Below, piece by piece: positions 44,200 to 54,415 of a stretch of 64,000 bases of DNA. The position numbers and the translations under genes are program-made. The stretch comes from Naegleria gruberi. Its lineage: Eukaryota. Each line of letters starts with the position of its first letter. The first letter of the stretch is position 1. Where the stretch lies: assembly GCA_000004985.1 (NCBI GenBank), contig GG738876.1; one strand, 5' to 3'. The notes under the pieces were generated by a model. It had not been told where the DNA came from. It ran no database searches and saw only the letters and a list, made by a program, of their open reading frames with translations.

Positions 44200-45303
44200 T
44201 TAGCAGCTATTATGCTTAATAGATGATTGTTGTGTTAGACCATCCTTTGTAACTTTCCAAAACGAAAGAGTGTTGTCATATGCTCCAGCAACAAATCCTC
44301 CTCTTGGTGATTCTACAATATTCAAAATTCTATTATCTGTAATTTCATCACTGACCAACAATTCTTCACCTTCCTCTTTTGTAATGTCAAATACTCTAAT
44401 AGCATTATTTTCTGCTGCATTGTTTTTTGACATTGCCGAACCAATTAGCAAGTTTGAATATACCTTAGACCATACCAATCCAAATACTCGTGAATTGAGG
44501 TGTTTAATTTTCCTTATTAATTTGCCAGTTTCGGTTTCCCAAATGCAAATCTTTCCATCACCGACTCCACCACCACTTGCTAGCTTGGGTGATTGATAAT
44601 TATGAGACCAAGATAATGCCTTAACAGTGCTGTTATGCTTTTGAAGTCTGAATTCAGGTTGTTCAACATTGACTTTCCATATTTGGATTTCGTTATCTGA
44701 ACCTGAGCTAGCCAATTGTTGTCCATTTGGAGACCATTCTAAGCCGCAGATTTTTGCACAGTTACCTGCAACTGAACTAATTACTTCTCCAGAACGAATA
44801 TCATGAGTCATAATATTTCCAAAATTATCCGATCCTGATGAAATCAAGTGCTTTTGAACTGGATTCCAAGATATAACTGGCACTCTGTCCCTGTGTCCAC
44901 TAATTTGTCCAATTTTAATAGTCCTCTCAATGTCCCAAAGGTGAATTTGTCCAGAATTGAAACCTATGGCCAAAATGGATCCATCCTTGTTCCAGGAAAC
45001 GCTCGTAGTGATATCACTTTCTTGTTTCAATTCACAAACACTCCCCAAATTAGCATTCCACAAATTAACTGCCTTATCCTCCGTTGCTACAGCAAGTATA
45101 TTTCCTCCACTCCAACAAATATTATTCGTATAATAATCATTCACATAATCAGACTTCATCAAATTCCGATATTCAAACTTCATATGAAAACTTTTTTCCT
45201 TCATTTTCAATTGTAATAGTTTGAAACTTTCATTGTGAGAAGAAGGAAATGAATTGAAATCGGTGAGAGGGATGCAAGCAATGTTGGGGTTTGATTGATT
45301 CAT
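44200..45303 (-). CDS. WD40-repeat protein
   Basis: Multiple WD repeats (GQIHLWDIERTIKIGQISGHRDRVPVISWNP; IQIWKV; KICIWETETGK). 367 aa. Confidence 0.7.
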   Translation of the reverse strand: MNQSNPNIACIPLTDFNSFPSSHNESFKLLQLKMKEKSFHMKFEYRNLMKSDYVNDYYTNNICWSGGNILAVATEDKAVNLWNANLGSVCELKQESDITTSVSWNKDGSILAIGFNSGQIHLWDIERTIKIGQISGHRDRVPVISWNPVQKHLISSGSDNFGNIMTHDIRSGEVISSVAGNCAKICGLEWSPNGQQLASSGSDNEIQIWKVNVEQPEFRLQKHNSTVKALSWSHNYQSPKLASGGGVGDGKICIWETETGKLIRKIKHLNSRVFGLVWSKVYSNLLIGSAMSKNNAAENNAIRVFDITKEEGEELLVSDEITDNRILNIVESPRGGFVAGAYDNTLSFWKVTKDGLTQQSSIKHNSC

Positions 45304-45390
45304 TGAATGAACGTTCTGGTATTTTTTTTGGTTTAATTTCTTACAATGGTTTAATTTATTTTTGATTTTAGAAATGTTACAAAAATTATA

Positions 45391-48300
45391 TTATGTGAGA
45401 CCAAATGATTGAGTACCTTGTTCAATGGCTTGAATCAATTTTTCCTTCAAGGTTTCTCTATCTCTATAGCTTGGAAGTTTCAAAAGAGAGTAGCAAGTAC
45501 TGGAAGTTGGTAAACGAGAGGTGTCAGTCACTCTTTGAATACAAATCTTTGGGTGCATATCTTTAAATCCGAGCAGTGGTGGTCTTGAAATTGAACTAAT
45601 GAATTTGAGTAACAAGACGTGTTGTGAAGAGGTCAAATCATTAAAGACAACATCCCAAAACATTTGAATGGTTGGATGTTCTTGACTGTAACCACTTCCA
45701 TACTCTGTATTGGCATATAGGTCATCAATATCGATTGGACTATCACTTCCACAGATAATATCAATAAATTCATTTTCATCAAAAAGAGAAATCCATGATG
45801 AAGGTACAATTTCATTCAATCCCTTCATGAATGCATCTGATTGACTCTTAATTTGGTGGTTGAGCTTATAATTAGCAACTCTGAAAATAAAGGAGAGTTT
45901 GTTGCTGTCAGTCACTGCAATATTTTCACCATTTGGTATCAATTGTCTTGCAATTCTGCCAGATAATTCATCTCCATCCACAATAGTAAAATTCAATCCC
46001 AAATCTCCTGCATTATTATTATTTTTCAAAAAGAGCAAGTTACGATGTAATTCCTTGTCAAATGTAGCCAAATCATTAATTAAATCATTGTTGTTACCCT
46101 TCATTAATTTTGAAACGAAAAATTTGGCAAATGGTAAGTCAATAACAATGGCATCATAAATTGCCTTGCCTAATATCTTCCCCAAAAAGTTATAAAATCT
46201 CAAATCAAGACCATCTGGATAAATTATTGAGGAATTAGGATTTGGATATAAACGACCATCATCGGTTGCTTTGAAAAGTCCATAGCTATTGCTGAATGCA
46301 AGTTTGCTCAATTCGAACAAGTATTCTCTCAATGGGCCAAGGCCAATACCATCCTCTACAGTGTTATGTTGATCAATAAATTGCACTCTTACTCTTCCTT
46401 TCAATTGAAGAGGGGAAAGGTTGTTCAATTTGGCATAAGAATCCTCAAATATTTGTTCCCTTCTTATTCCAATAGGTTCTATGAAATGCTGTAAATCATA
46501 ACAATAGTCTCTATCCATTGCAATAACTTCCTTGAATATCTTTAATCTTATTTCTAAAGGTACTAAGAAGGGTAATTTCTCGATAAGCTCTTTCGTCTTG
46601 TTAAATGCCTGAGCCTCTTTGAATGATGATGTTTTTCTGGACATGGCTTCTCTTAAGGCTTGAATTCGTTGTAATCTGAGAGGAATATATTCCCCTGTAA
46701 CCATTGGAGAGTCATCATCAACCATTTCATCACCTCTAAATATAAACTCGGAAATCTTTTCAATATCAAGATTAGATGCCTCAGTTATAGTGAAATGATT
46801 CTTTGGACAAAAGTTTAGCCTAACATCTCTGTTGTGTAATTTGGTGAGTAAATCACAGAGGCCGGCTTTGAGTGTGAGTTTCGAATTATTCCACACCAAC
46901 TCAAAACATAAGGGAATGAGAAGTGCTGATATTTGAACATTTTCCTCCAATGAAAATGGTTTTGTCTTGAAGCTTTCATCATCCATAAAGGCAAGAATAT
47001 TGTCATATACTTTACAAAATAGAGCTAGAATTTCAATATTTTCCAACAGGTCATTCTTGATAGCACTCCACATTAATTTGACTAATTTAAAATCATCAGA
47101 ACAATAGGAAATAATATTCAATATGGTACTTGTATGTTTGCTTTCATCATGCATTAGGAAAAGAAAAATGTTTGAAAAGTCTACAAGACTTTCCTTATTT
47201 TCATCCACTGACAAAATAGCATCAATGATACGTTTGAGGTGAACACCTTTCATTAAGAGTTCGACTTGCTGCCTGATATCGGAAAGTGTTGAAAATTGTT
47301 CATCACTTTCTTCAGATACCACTGATTCATTTATGGAAATCAAATCAAAGTTCACTTGAGGCAAAATGGTAGCTACAATACGAAGATAATTAACAATGCT
47401 TTGAGGGGAGATCTTGTTCTCTTTCATGAATCCATGTACAAGCTCTATTAAATTTCCACAAAAATAGAGTCTTCTCTTACTTTCCTTCTCTTCTGATTTG
47501 AATTTTTCAATGACATCTTGAGGATTCAATTTGGAAAACAATGTATCAATATCAATCTGAAGAAGAGAACTTGTAGAAAAGTGTGTAAAAATGAATGGAA
47601 GAGAAAAGAGCTCCAACAAAAAAGACAGTGACAGCTGTGGATCAAATACACAACCTGACAATGTCAATCCCAATATGCTAGCAGCATAATTCTTTGATTT
47701 TTCTTGGTGATGTGTCACAAATTGATGAATAATTGAGATGATGTTACAGTCCTTTGTACAAATAATCTTTCCTAAAAACTTGGCAAAACTCAAGTCATTA
47801 GTGAAATACTTCCTATCAAGAAGGCAAGTTAGTGATTGTGTCGCAAGAATTAATCTCTTGTTTGATGAGAGATCCAACTCATTGTCGTTTGTTCTACTAA
47901 TAAAGTCCAATACTAATCGAGCTAATTTAGAATATTTGAAATGAGCAGCATCTTCAGAAATGATGGCGGAACTATTTCTTATTGTTCTTATCAGAAAATT
48001 CAAAATAATCAACAATCTGTTGAAATCCTTTTCATCTCGTTTAGGATTATAAAAATACAAGAGTTTGTTCAGTAGTTGTATAAATTTCGACAAATCCAAT
48101 CCTGATTTCATATATTGTTGTACCAATTCATCAAAGGCTAACCGTTGTCTATTTTTCTCCTTTCTACTATTCAAAAACTTTCTAGCAACCCTCACCAACA
48201 AGGCTCCTGATTGTTCTTCAAGCTTTGATTGCCGATTCCTCTCTCTTTCTCTTCTAGCATTTTCCAATATTTCCTCTCGGGATAAATTCTTTGATCCTCC

Positions 48301-48402
48301 CATGGAAACTTTCTTTCCACTTGCTCCACCACCAAAAGAAAAATTCATAGTGAAAGATAACAGCAATAGAAAAACGGAAAACACAACAGAAAGATTGAAC
48401 AA
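45391..48402 (-). CDS. HECT-domain E3 ubiquitin ligase, UBE3C/Hul5-like (N-terminal IQ-like basic helix)
   Basis: C-terminal HECT lobe ending LPTSSTCYSLLKLPSYRDRETLKEKLIQAIEQGTQSFGLT (catalytic Cys context). N-terminal ARRERERNRQSKLEEQSGALLVRVARKFLNSRKEKNRQ. 1003 aa, intron-less. Confidence 0.8.
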   Translation of the reverse strand: MFNLSVVFSVFLLLLSFTMNFSFGGGASGKKVSMGGSKNLSREEILENARRERERNRQSKLEEQSGALLVRVARKFLNSRKEKNRQRLAFDELVQQYMKSGLDLSKFIQLLNKLLYFYNPKRDEKDFNRLLIILNFLIRTIRNSSAIISEDAAHFKYSKLARLVLDFISRTNDNELDLSSNKRLILATQSLTCLLDRKYFTNDLSFAKFLGKIICTKDCNIISIIHQFVTHHQEKSKNYAASILGLTLSGCVFDPQLSLSFLLELFSLPFIFTHFSTSSLLQIDIDTLFSKLNPQDVIEKFKSEEKESKRRLYFCGNLIELVHGFMKENKISPQSIVNYLRIVATILPQVNFDLISINESVVSEESDEQFSTLSDIRQQVELLMKGVHLKRIIDAILSVDENKESLVDFSNIFLFLMHDESKHTSTILNIISYCSDDFKLVKLMWSAIKNDLLENIEILALFCKVYDNILAFMDDESFKTKPFSLEENVQISALLIPLCFELVWNNSKLTLKAGLCDLLTKLHNRDVRLNFCPKNHFTITEASNLDIEKISEFIFRGDEMVDDDSPMVTGEYIPLRLQRIQALREAMSRKTSSFKEAQAFNKTKELIEKLPFLVPLEIRLKIFKEVIAMDRDYCYDLQHFIEPIGIRREQIFEDSYAKLNNLSPLQLKGRVRVQFIDQHNTVEDGIGLGPLREYLFELSKLAFSNSYGLFKATDDGRLYPNPNSSIIYPDGLDLRFYNFLGKILGKAIYDAIVIDLPFAKFFVSKLMKGNNNDLINDLATFDKELHRNLLFLKNNNNAGDLGLNFTIVDGDELSGRIARQLIPNGENIAVTDSNKLSFIFRVANYKLNHQIKSQSDAFMKGLNEIVPSSWISLFDENEFIDIICGSDSPIDIDDLYANTEYGSGYSQEHPTIQMFWDVVFNDLTSSQHVLLLKFISSISRPPLLGFKDMHPKICIQRVTDTSRLPTSSTCYSLLKLPSYRDRETLKEKLIQAIEQGTQSFGLT

Positions 48403-48662
48403 GTTGTGTTGCTATTTTTTTCAAGTTATTTTTAAATTGAAATGTTCCGTTCTTCAATTAGTGCCTACAAGAAATAAAACACAATAAAAAAATTAAACAA
48501 TGATCCTTTGTTGATTTTCGGAGGGGTTTTTCATGATGAAACCACCAAACTTTCATATCATCATCTCAACAAGATCTAAATAGTAGTAATAGTAGTAATT
48601 TTTATTAGTGGATTATCATCATTAAATTGTAATTTACTTTTCATGATGGACATAAATTCAAG

Positions 48663-50546
48663 TTGGTGTTCATCCTATCATTCACCCACCATCACCATAC
48701 AATAATATTATTTGTAGAAATTAATTTTAAAAAAATGTCATTACGCAATAATGCTTCATCTTCGTTACTTCAACTTCCGCCAGAAATAACTTTCAAAATA
48801 CTTGAATTTATTATTTCAGAAGAGTTCTACTGTTCGGATATTTGTGATCAAGATGAAACGAAACTAATGGAAATGATTCAGAGAAAAGTTGTTTCCAACA
48901 CTATTTATAATCTCTTTGAAGAATTAAAAGATTACCTATTAGTACATAGAGATTTATTTTACAATAATTTTATTAATATTCATTGTAATAGGCAGTTTCT
49001 AATAATTTGGAAAAGAATTCTCTATTCATTCGAATATCATTACAAAAAGGAATTTAAAAAAGAGTTTATTCTCGCTGATCAAGTTCTTTCATTAATTAGG
49101 GAATGTAAAACTGGAGATGAACTTTCTACCAAAAAATTAATAATTGCTGTGTTTTCAAGATTTAATAGTCCTGAATGCATATTAGAAACGTTCTTTAATG
49201 TGAAATGCTCTTCATCAAATTCAATTTTATATTTTAGTGGATATAATGGTATTCTTGGAGAATTGATGTGTAAGGATCATGATTGTGAGAATTGGAAGGA
49301 ACAGTTACATAAATTGGATCAGTTATTGATTCAATACCCTTCATTGACTCAGAATCCGAAATATTCAATGGTTATTATTCAAAAAATGTGTATTTTCTTA
49401 ATCTCAAAGCAAATCTATTCTAATATTATTCGAGCGACAAAGAAGAAACGAGATAAAACTTGGAAAAAGAAAGCTGAAATAATAGGTAATGTCTTTACTA
49501 TGATATTTAGTAAAGATTTCATAGTTGAAAATTCACTGTCCTCCTCTCAAATGCAATCATTAAGTATAGTTCTAGCGACTATTAAGGTTGTGTGCTCGAG
49601 TGATCTATTTGATAAGATATTTTCCAGGTGGATTCTTAATAGTTCGAATAGGTCATGTTACTTGAATAATTTACTGTTTACCAATACTTTCTCTGGCGAT
49701 TGCAAAAGATTTAAATATTGCATAATTGAATCATTTATAGTACATGGTCAGTTTAAAGAGCTTGAAAGGCTTATTGAAACGGTTTCCAAGCTCCCATCTC
49801 AGCCATCTAGTGTAATTTCCAGTACAATATCTGAAATACTGTCAATCTACTTTGATAAGATTGAATTGTTCCAATTAGAAGTAGAGAAATATACCCAACA
49901 AGTTATTGACCTAATATTAGCATGTTGGAATTTGAAAGCCAGTTTAAGAAATGAGGATGTTATTGATATTCTTCAGAGTTTGACAAGTACTGTATGTACA
50001 AAGGCGTTACAGGTGAAAGATGATAATTTCTTGGTAGAATTATTTGATAAGTTTTACTTCACATTATTCTCAAAAGAGTTTCTGTGTAATAGGCTAATAT
50101 TAATGGAGTCTATACTTCTCCAATCAAATATACTCTTACATGCAATTCAGAACGTTAGAATTTTTGAACATTTGATGAATAATGTTGGAAATCAGAACAC
50201 TTTCAAAAAGCAGTTGACCTGCATTTGTCAGGATTCAACCATCTATTCCAAGGTACTTTCCTTTTCTGTCAGTTATGAATCTACCTTTTATTTACATAAT
50301 GAAATTTACAAAATGAGAACAGAGAGTCCCTTCCATGATACTATTGAATTATTTGAGAAGAGATTGAGGGTAATTAAGAAATACCTTAACAACATTTCAA
50401 TTTTCAAAAACACTATCACTGATCAATCTTCAAAATTCAACGAAACTCTCGAACAGTATACTAGAAAACATAATAGTGAATGGAAAAAGAACATAGACAA
50501 ACTGAAAGGAATTATTACAATATTGAAGGATGAATTTTGTGATTAA
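48663..50546 (+). CDS. F-box-like domain protein (hypothetical)
   Basis: LLQLPPEITFKILEFIISEEF near the N-terminus (F-box-like). The rest is helical and has no recognised domain. 627 aa. Confidence 0.45.
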   Translation: MVFILSFTHHHHTIILFVEINFKKMSLRNNASSSLLQLPPEITFKILEFIISEEFYCSDICDQDETKLMEMIQRKVVSNTIYNLFEELKDYLLVHRDLFYNNFINIHCNRQFLIIWKRILYSFEYHYKKEFKKEFILADQVLSLIRECKTGDELSTKKLIIAVFSRFNSPECILETFFNVKCSSSNSILYFSGYNGILGELMCKDHDCENWKEQLHKLDQLLIQYPSLTQNPKYSMVIIQKMCIFLISKQIYSNIIRATKKKRDKTWKKKAEIIGNVFTMIFSKDFIVENSLSSSQMQSLSIVLATIKVVCSSDLFDKIFSRWILNSSNRSCYLNNLLFTNTFSGDCKRFKYCIIESFIVHGQFKELERLIETVSKLPSQPSSVISSTISEILSIYFDKIELFQLEVEKYTQQVIDLILACWNLKASLRNEDVIDILQSLTSTVCTKALQVKDDNFLVELFDKFYFTLFSKEFLCNRLILMESILLQSNILLHAIQNVRIFEHLMNNVGNQNTFKKQLTCICQDSTIYSKVLSFSVSYESTFYLHNEIYKMRTESPFHDTIELFEKRLRVIKKYLNNISIFKNTITDQSSKFNETLEQYTRKHNSEWKKNIDKLKGIITILKDEFCD

Positions 50547-50752
50547 TAGTACATCACGATATCGATTAAAACCATAGTGATGATTTACTGTGATTTTACA
50601 TGATGAAAATTTCAAATGAAAATTCACTAATATACATTACAATTGGGTTTCATAGGAGATGTGAAACTTTTATGCACCAATTTTAATTGCACAGTAGTCC
50701 ATTCCAATTTTCAAAAAATTAAGGACTTGGAAATCTATAAGCGTTGATGAGA

Positions 50753-53422
50753 TCAATCATTAATTTTGGAACATTTGTGCATTAGTAATTCAGCTGCCAC
50801 ATCATTGTTGAGTTCATGATATTCTTTGAAGAGTTCTTTTGCTTCGTCGAATTGATTTGAGAAGAAGAGTATGCAAGCTTGATTGTATTTGGTCCATTTG
50901 GCTTTCTTTTCCTTTTCTTTTAACTCATACATCCATTCTGTTAAAAAAGAATAGTTAAATATTTTAAATATTTTCAAAATTATTACTTACCATCCATGCC
51001 AACATGTAAACTTTCACCCAATTCATAAATGTGTGTTGGTTCTATTGGTGCTTTTTCATTATCTTTGTGTTGAATAAATGGTGATGAAAAGTATGTATCT
51101 AGGATCAATTCTGTCGTATAAACATATCTCATTTGATAATGTTTCTCTAAACTTGAAAATACTCTATCAGATAAAACAATATTCAAATTCATTTTTGATG
51201 CAATATTCAACATGGACTCCAAATTGAATCTAGCACTTGAAATAACTGTGAAGTTCTTAAAATCATTCGATCCTAAATTTCCACATAATGATTCTTGAAC
51301 ACAAATTGCAAATCTAAATTTTACAATTTCAATCAAATGAGGTTTCTTTTTCAAAATTTGATTTGGCCATTTCTTTGATTTGGTTGTATTTAGTTTTTCC
51401 ATTAATTGAACACATGTTGCAGCTGCTTTTTCTGAATGTTTTGACTGGTTTGAACTTGCATTGAATGAAATTGAAATTAAATCATTTTCAAAATTTCCCA
51501 AATATCCATTACTTGTTCGACAAACTAATCCCACATGATCAAAGAAATCTTTCAACAGGTCAACACAATCACCTGCTGATATTTCAGAGAATAATCTATT
51601 CAATCCTTCAATATGAATTGCAACAATGGATAATTTCTTTCTATCCAAGTGAAGTGAGAAAATGTCCAAATCATTCGAATATCTTCGATGTGAACTAGAG
51701 GTATGACTTCTACTCCAAGCGGATGCTTTTGAGGATTTATGATAGGAATCCATTGAAGCACCCTTCTTCTTTGAATCTTGGCCTCCATTGTTTTCATTGT
51801 TAGATCCTCCTTGATCTAATTGAGAAAGTAAATGTGATGGAATGAAAGCTCTGTAAAGTTTGATTCTGTCTGTCATGGTTTTGAAATGATTTTGTAACTG
51901 TTTCACTTCTGTAAACTTGGAATCATGAATTTCTAAATTATCCAAATCCATGTGAGAAACACTTTCGAATAAATCAATCAAATTGTAAAATGGTTTCACT
52001 AATCTGACTGAAATGAAGATGGAAATGGCTACACCTGTTGTGACAATGAATGTGGCACCAACAATAGCACAAATTACAGCAATAACAATTGACCTAATGT
52101 AATTCCATTGAGGAACTGCTAACACAAACAACCTATTTTGAACAATTATTATATCTAACTCGTTTAGGTTACTTACCAATCAACATCAGTATCTGTACAT
52201 AATCTGTAAATTGAAATGTAATCAGTTTCTGATGTAATTAAATACTTGGTATTGCATTTAATATTCAAACTAGTTCCATAGTGTTCTTCTAATAGGCGAG
52301 CAATAGCAGAAACTCTTTCATCATTATCAATCTTGAGAAAGGTCTGTCTTGTGACAGATCCATCTGAATTAACAACTGCAACTCTTGCATTAGAATTGTC
52401 ATCTTCAATATTGTAAACTATTTACCTTAATCATTGTACAACTTACTTGCAATCATATATTGAGTTGCCATTTCAATAATAAAACTTTTAGAACCAGTTA
52501 TTTTAGAAGTTGCATTCGCCAAATATTGAGAAATAGTTTCAGCAGACATGTCAATTGCCAGATAATACTTAAATTTGTTTCCTTTTGCATCTGGTTGAGT
52601 TAATGGCATTGAATTATACATGGTAATGAAAGTATACTGTGGTTGTGATGCATCTATGAAACTTAGAGACATGGTTGCTTTGTTGGGATGAGTATTTCCT
52701 GTAGTAATCATAACTGTCAAGTCAAAAAATCCTAATTGAATGTCAGGAATAGAACTTCTATTGCAATAGTCAAGTTCATCAAAGTTATTACAATAATAAA
52801 GTTGTTGATCCTTTGTGGTGATGTTGAATAAGGCTTGCTTGCCTCCCCAGTCCATAACTCCATATTGTCTTTAAGAAATTAAAGAAATATTGTAAAGCTT
52901 AAAACTTTTGTAAAGTATTTACCTTCCTTCATTGTCACCAATATTGCAAGTGACAACAACTCCTTTCATGTAACTCTTTTGTTGCTTATAAAACTGATAA
53001 ATCATCACTTCTATCTGATCTCTATCCGAAAAATCAAGTGATTTCAGCATTAAATGTTTGGCATTGTCGCTTGACATTGACACTTCTCTAATCAACTGTG
53101 CTACAAATGAAATAATATTATTAAACTCATAATCTCTCAATTCTGAACTATAAGAAACCACTGATGGCATAAAACTGCTCAACCATATTGCTGAAAGCAT
53201 TAAAACAGTCAACAATACAATTATTGAAATTATTAAAATTAGCCACATTTTAATCGAACCAAAGAATGCAATCTTTCTCTTGTCTTCGTTACTAAAAAGG
53301 CCATGTTCTTCCTTGGTGATCCACATTTGTAGAGTGGACAAGGAACTACCATTCTTTGGGTTTTCCTCAATCTCTCGCTCAATTTTTGTTTGAACGGGTG
53401 TGACTTGTTTCTTTTCTTTCAT
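50753..53422 (-). CDS. Sensor adenylate/guanylate cyclase, ACG-like: TM, extracellular sensor domain, TM, HAMP-like, class III cyclase domain, TPR-like tail; complement(join(50753..50937,50991..52132,52177..52417,52447..52868,52923..53422)), about 829 aa
   Basis: Five exons link track ORFs 52919-53422, 52427-52855, 50983-52179 and 50753-50977 plus an unlisted exon 52177-52417. Introns of 54, 29, 44 and 53 nt all start GTAAGT/GTAAAT and end AG with consistent phases. TM1 WLILIISIIVLLTVLMLSAIWL, TM2 IVIAVICAIVGATFIVTTGVAISIFISV. The cyclase-like block is LSIVAIHIEGLNRLFSEISAGDCVDLL...FAICVQESLCGNLGS. Confidence 0.6.
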
Positions 53423-53799
53423 TTTTTTATATTGTGGTGCTCAAAGTTTGAGTCATTACTGCTCCAAGAGGACCAGGAAGCGAGGGTGGTATTATAATAA
53501 GATAGTGGCAGTATCTTATGGTCTCACTGTTTTTGGTCTTCCTCTACATTTTGGAGTGTTGGTTGGGCGGTGGACCAGAATTGTAATGGTAATAGGATTT
53601 GTGATTAAGCCACACGAACGTTGTCGAACACTTATTTATTTGATCAGGCTCTAATAAGGTCCATAATTGTTAAAATGGTTTACGTAAATCTAGGAACTGC
53701 ACAAGTAACATGACCTGTTCGAACTATTAAGAAACCAAATGGAAAATTTCGGTAGTTGTTGAAACACAAAGAAGCAAGTTGCTGAAGAGTTAAAACAAG

Positions 53800-54010
53800 A
53801 AGCTGAAGTAAAGGCCACTGTATTTGATTTGTCAAGTTGGGGCGCACAATCAGGATCATCTGCAAGTATTCCTCTTCTTCTCTTCTTGTTGATGAAACAC
53901 CTCTCTTCATTGGAGGAGGCTGCTTTGTTATTAAGCACTGGTGAGTAGCCCTAAATACGCAAAACATCAAGAACAACAACATGTATAATTTTTTGGAATT
54001 TGGAGTAGAA
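53800..54010. repeat. Subtelomeric dispersed repeat copy A (partner copy at 58290-58580)
   Basis: Shared blocks by eye: TGTATTTG(ATTT)GTCAAGTTGG; CAGGATCATC; TCCTCTTC.TCTCTTCTTGTT; TGCTTT.TTATTAAGCACTG; CGCA.AACATCAAGAACAACAAC; TATAATTT.TTGGAATTT. Confidence 0.55.
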
Positions 54011-54415
54011 TTACTCCGGGAGTACACACCGAAGGAGACACATTTTGAATTTGAGATACTGTTTTTGTGATGACCAAGTAGATGTGCCGATCTGGAGTTC
54101 ATTAGGTAAAGAAAAAGAAAAAGAAATCCAAAGCCAATCTTCAAAATGGTGAATCTATTCACTTGCCACCACAATAAAAAAATAAATTGAAACTTCCAAT
54201 TCCTCAATTTCAACAGATTTTGGTTCTCCTTTCATAAACAGAGCAAACACTTGGATCAGCGACAGGTTCTTTCTCAGAAACAGATGAATTGTACTACAGA
54301 GTCTCGGCTTTCAAATAATTGTGCCTTTGATGATGTGAAAGTTTGGTGGTATGACTCTAGTTACAATATCTAATCAATTAGCGCAAGTTCGTTCTAATTT
54401 CCAACTCGAAAAAAA

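Noticed and set aside
53680-54213. 177-aa minus-strand ORF and 82-aa ORF overlapping subtelomeric repeat copy A
   Set aside because: Low-complexity composition with no domain. They overlap a region whose sequence is shared as a non-coding-looking repeat with 58290-58580, so they are most likely spurious.
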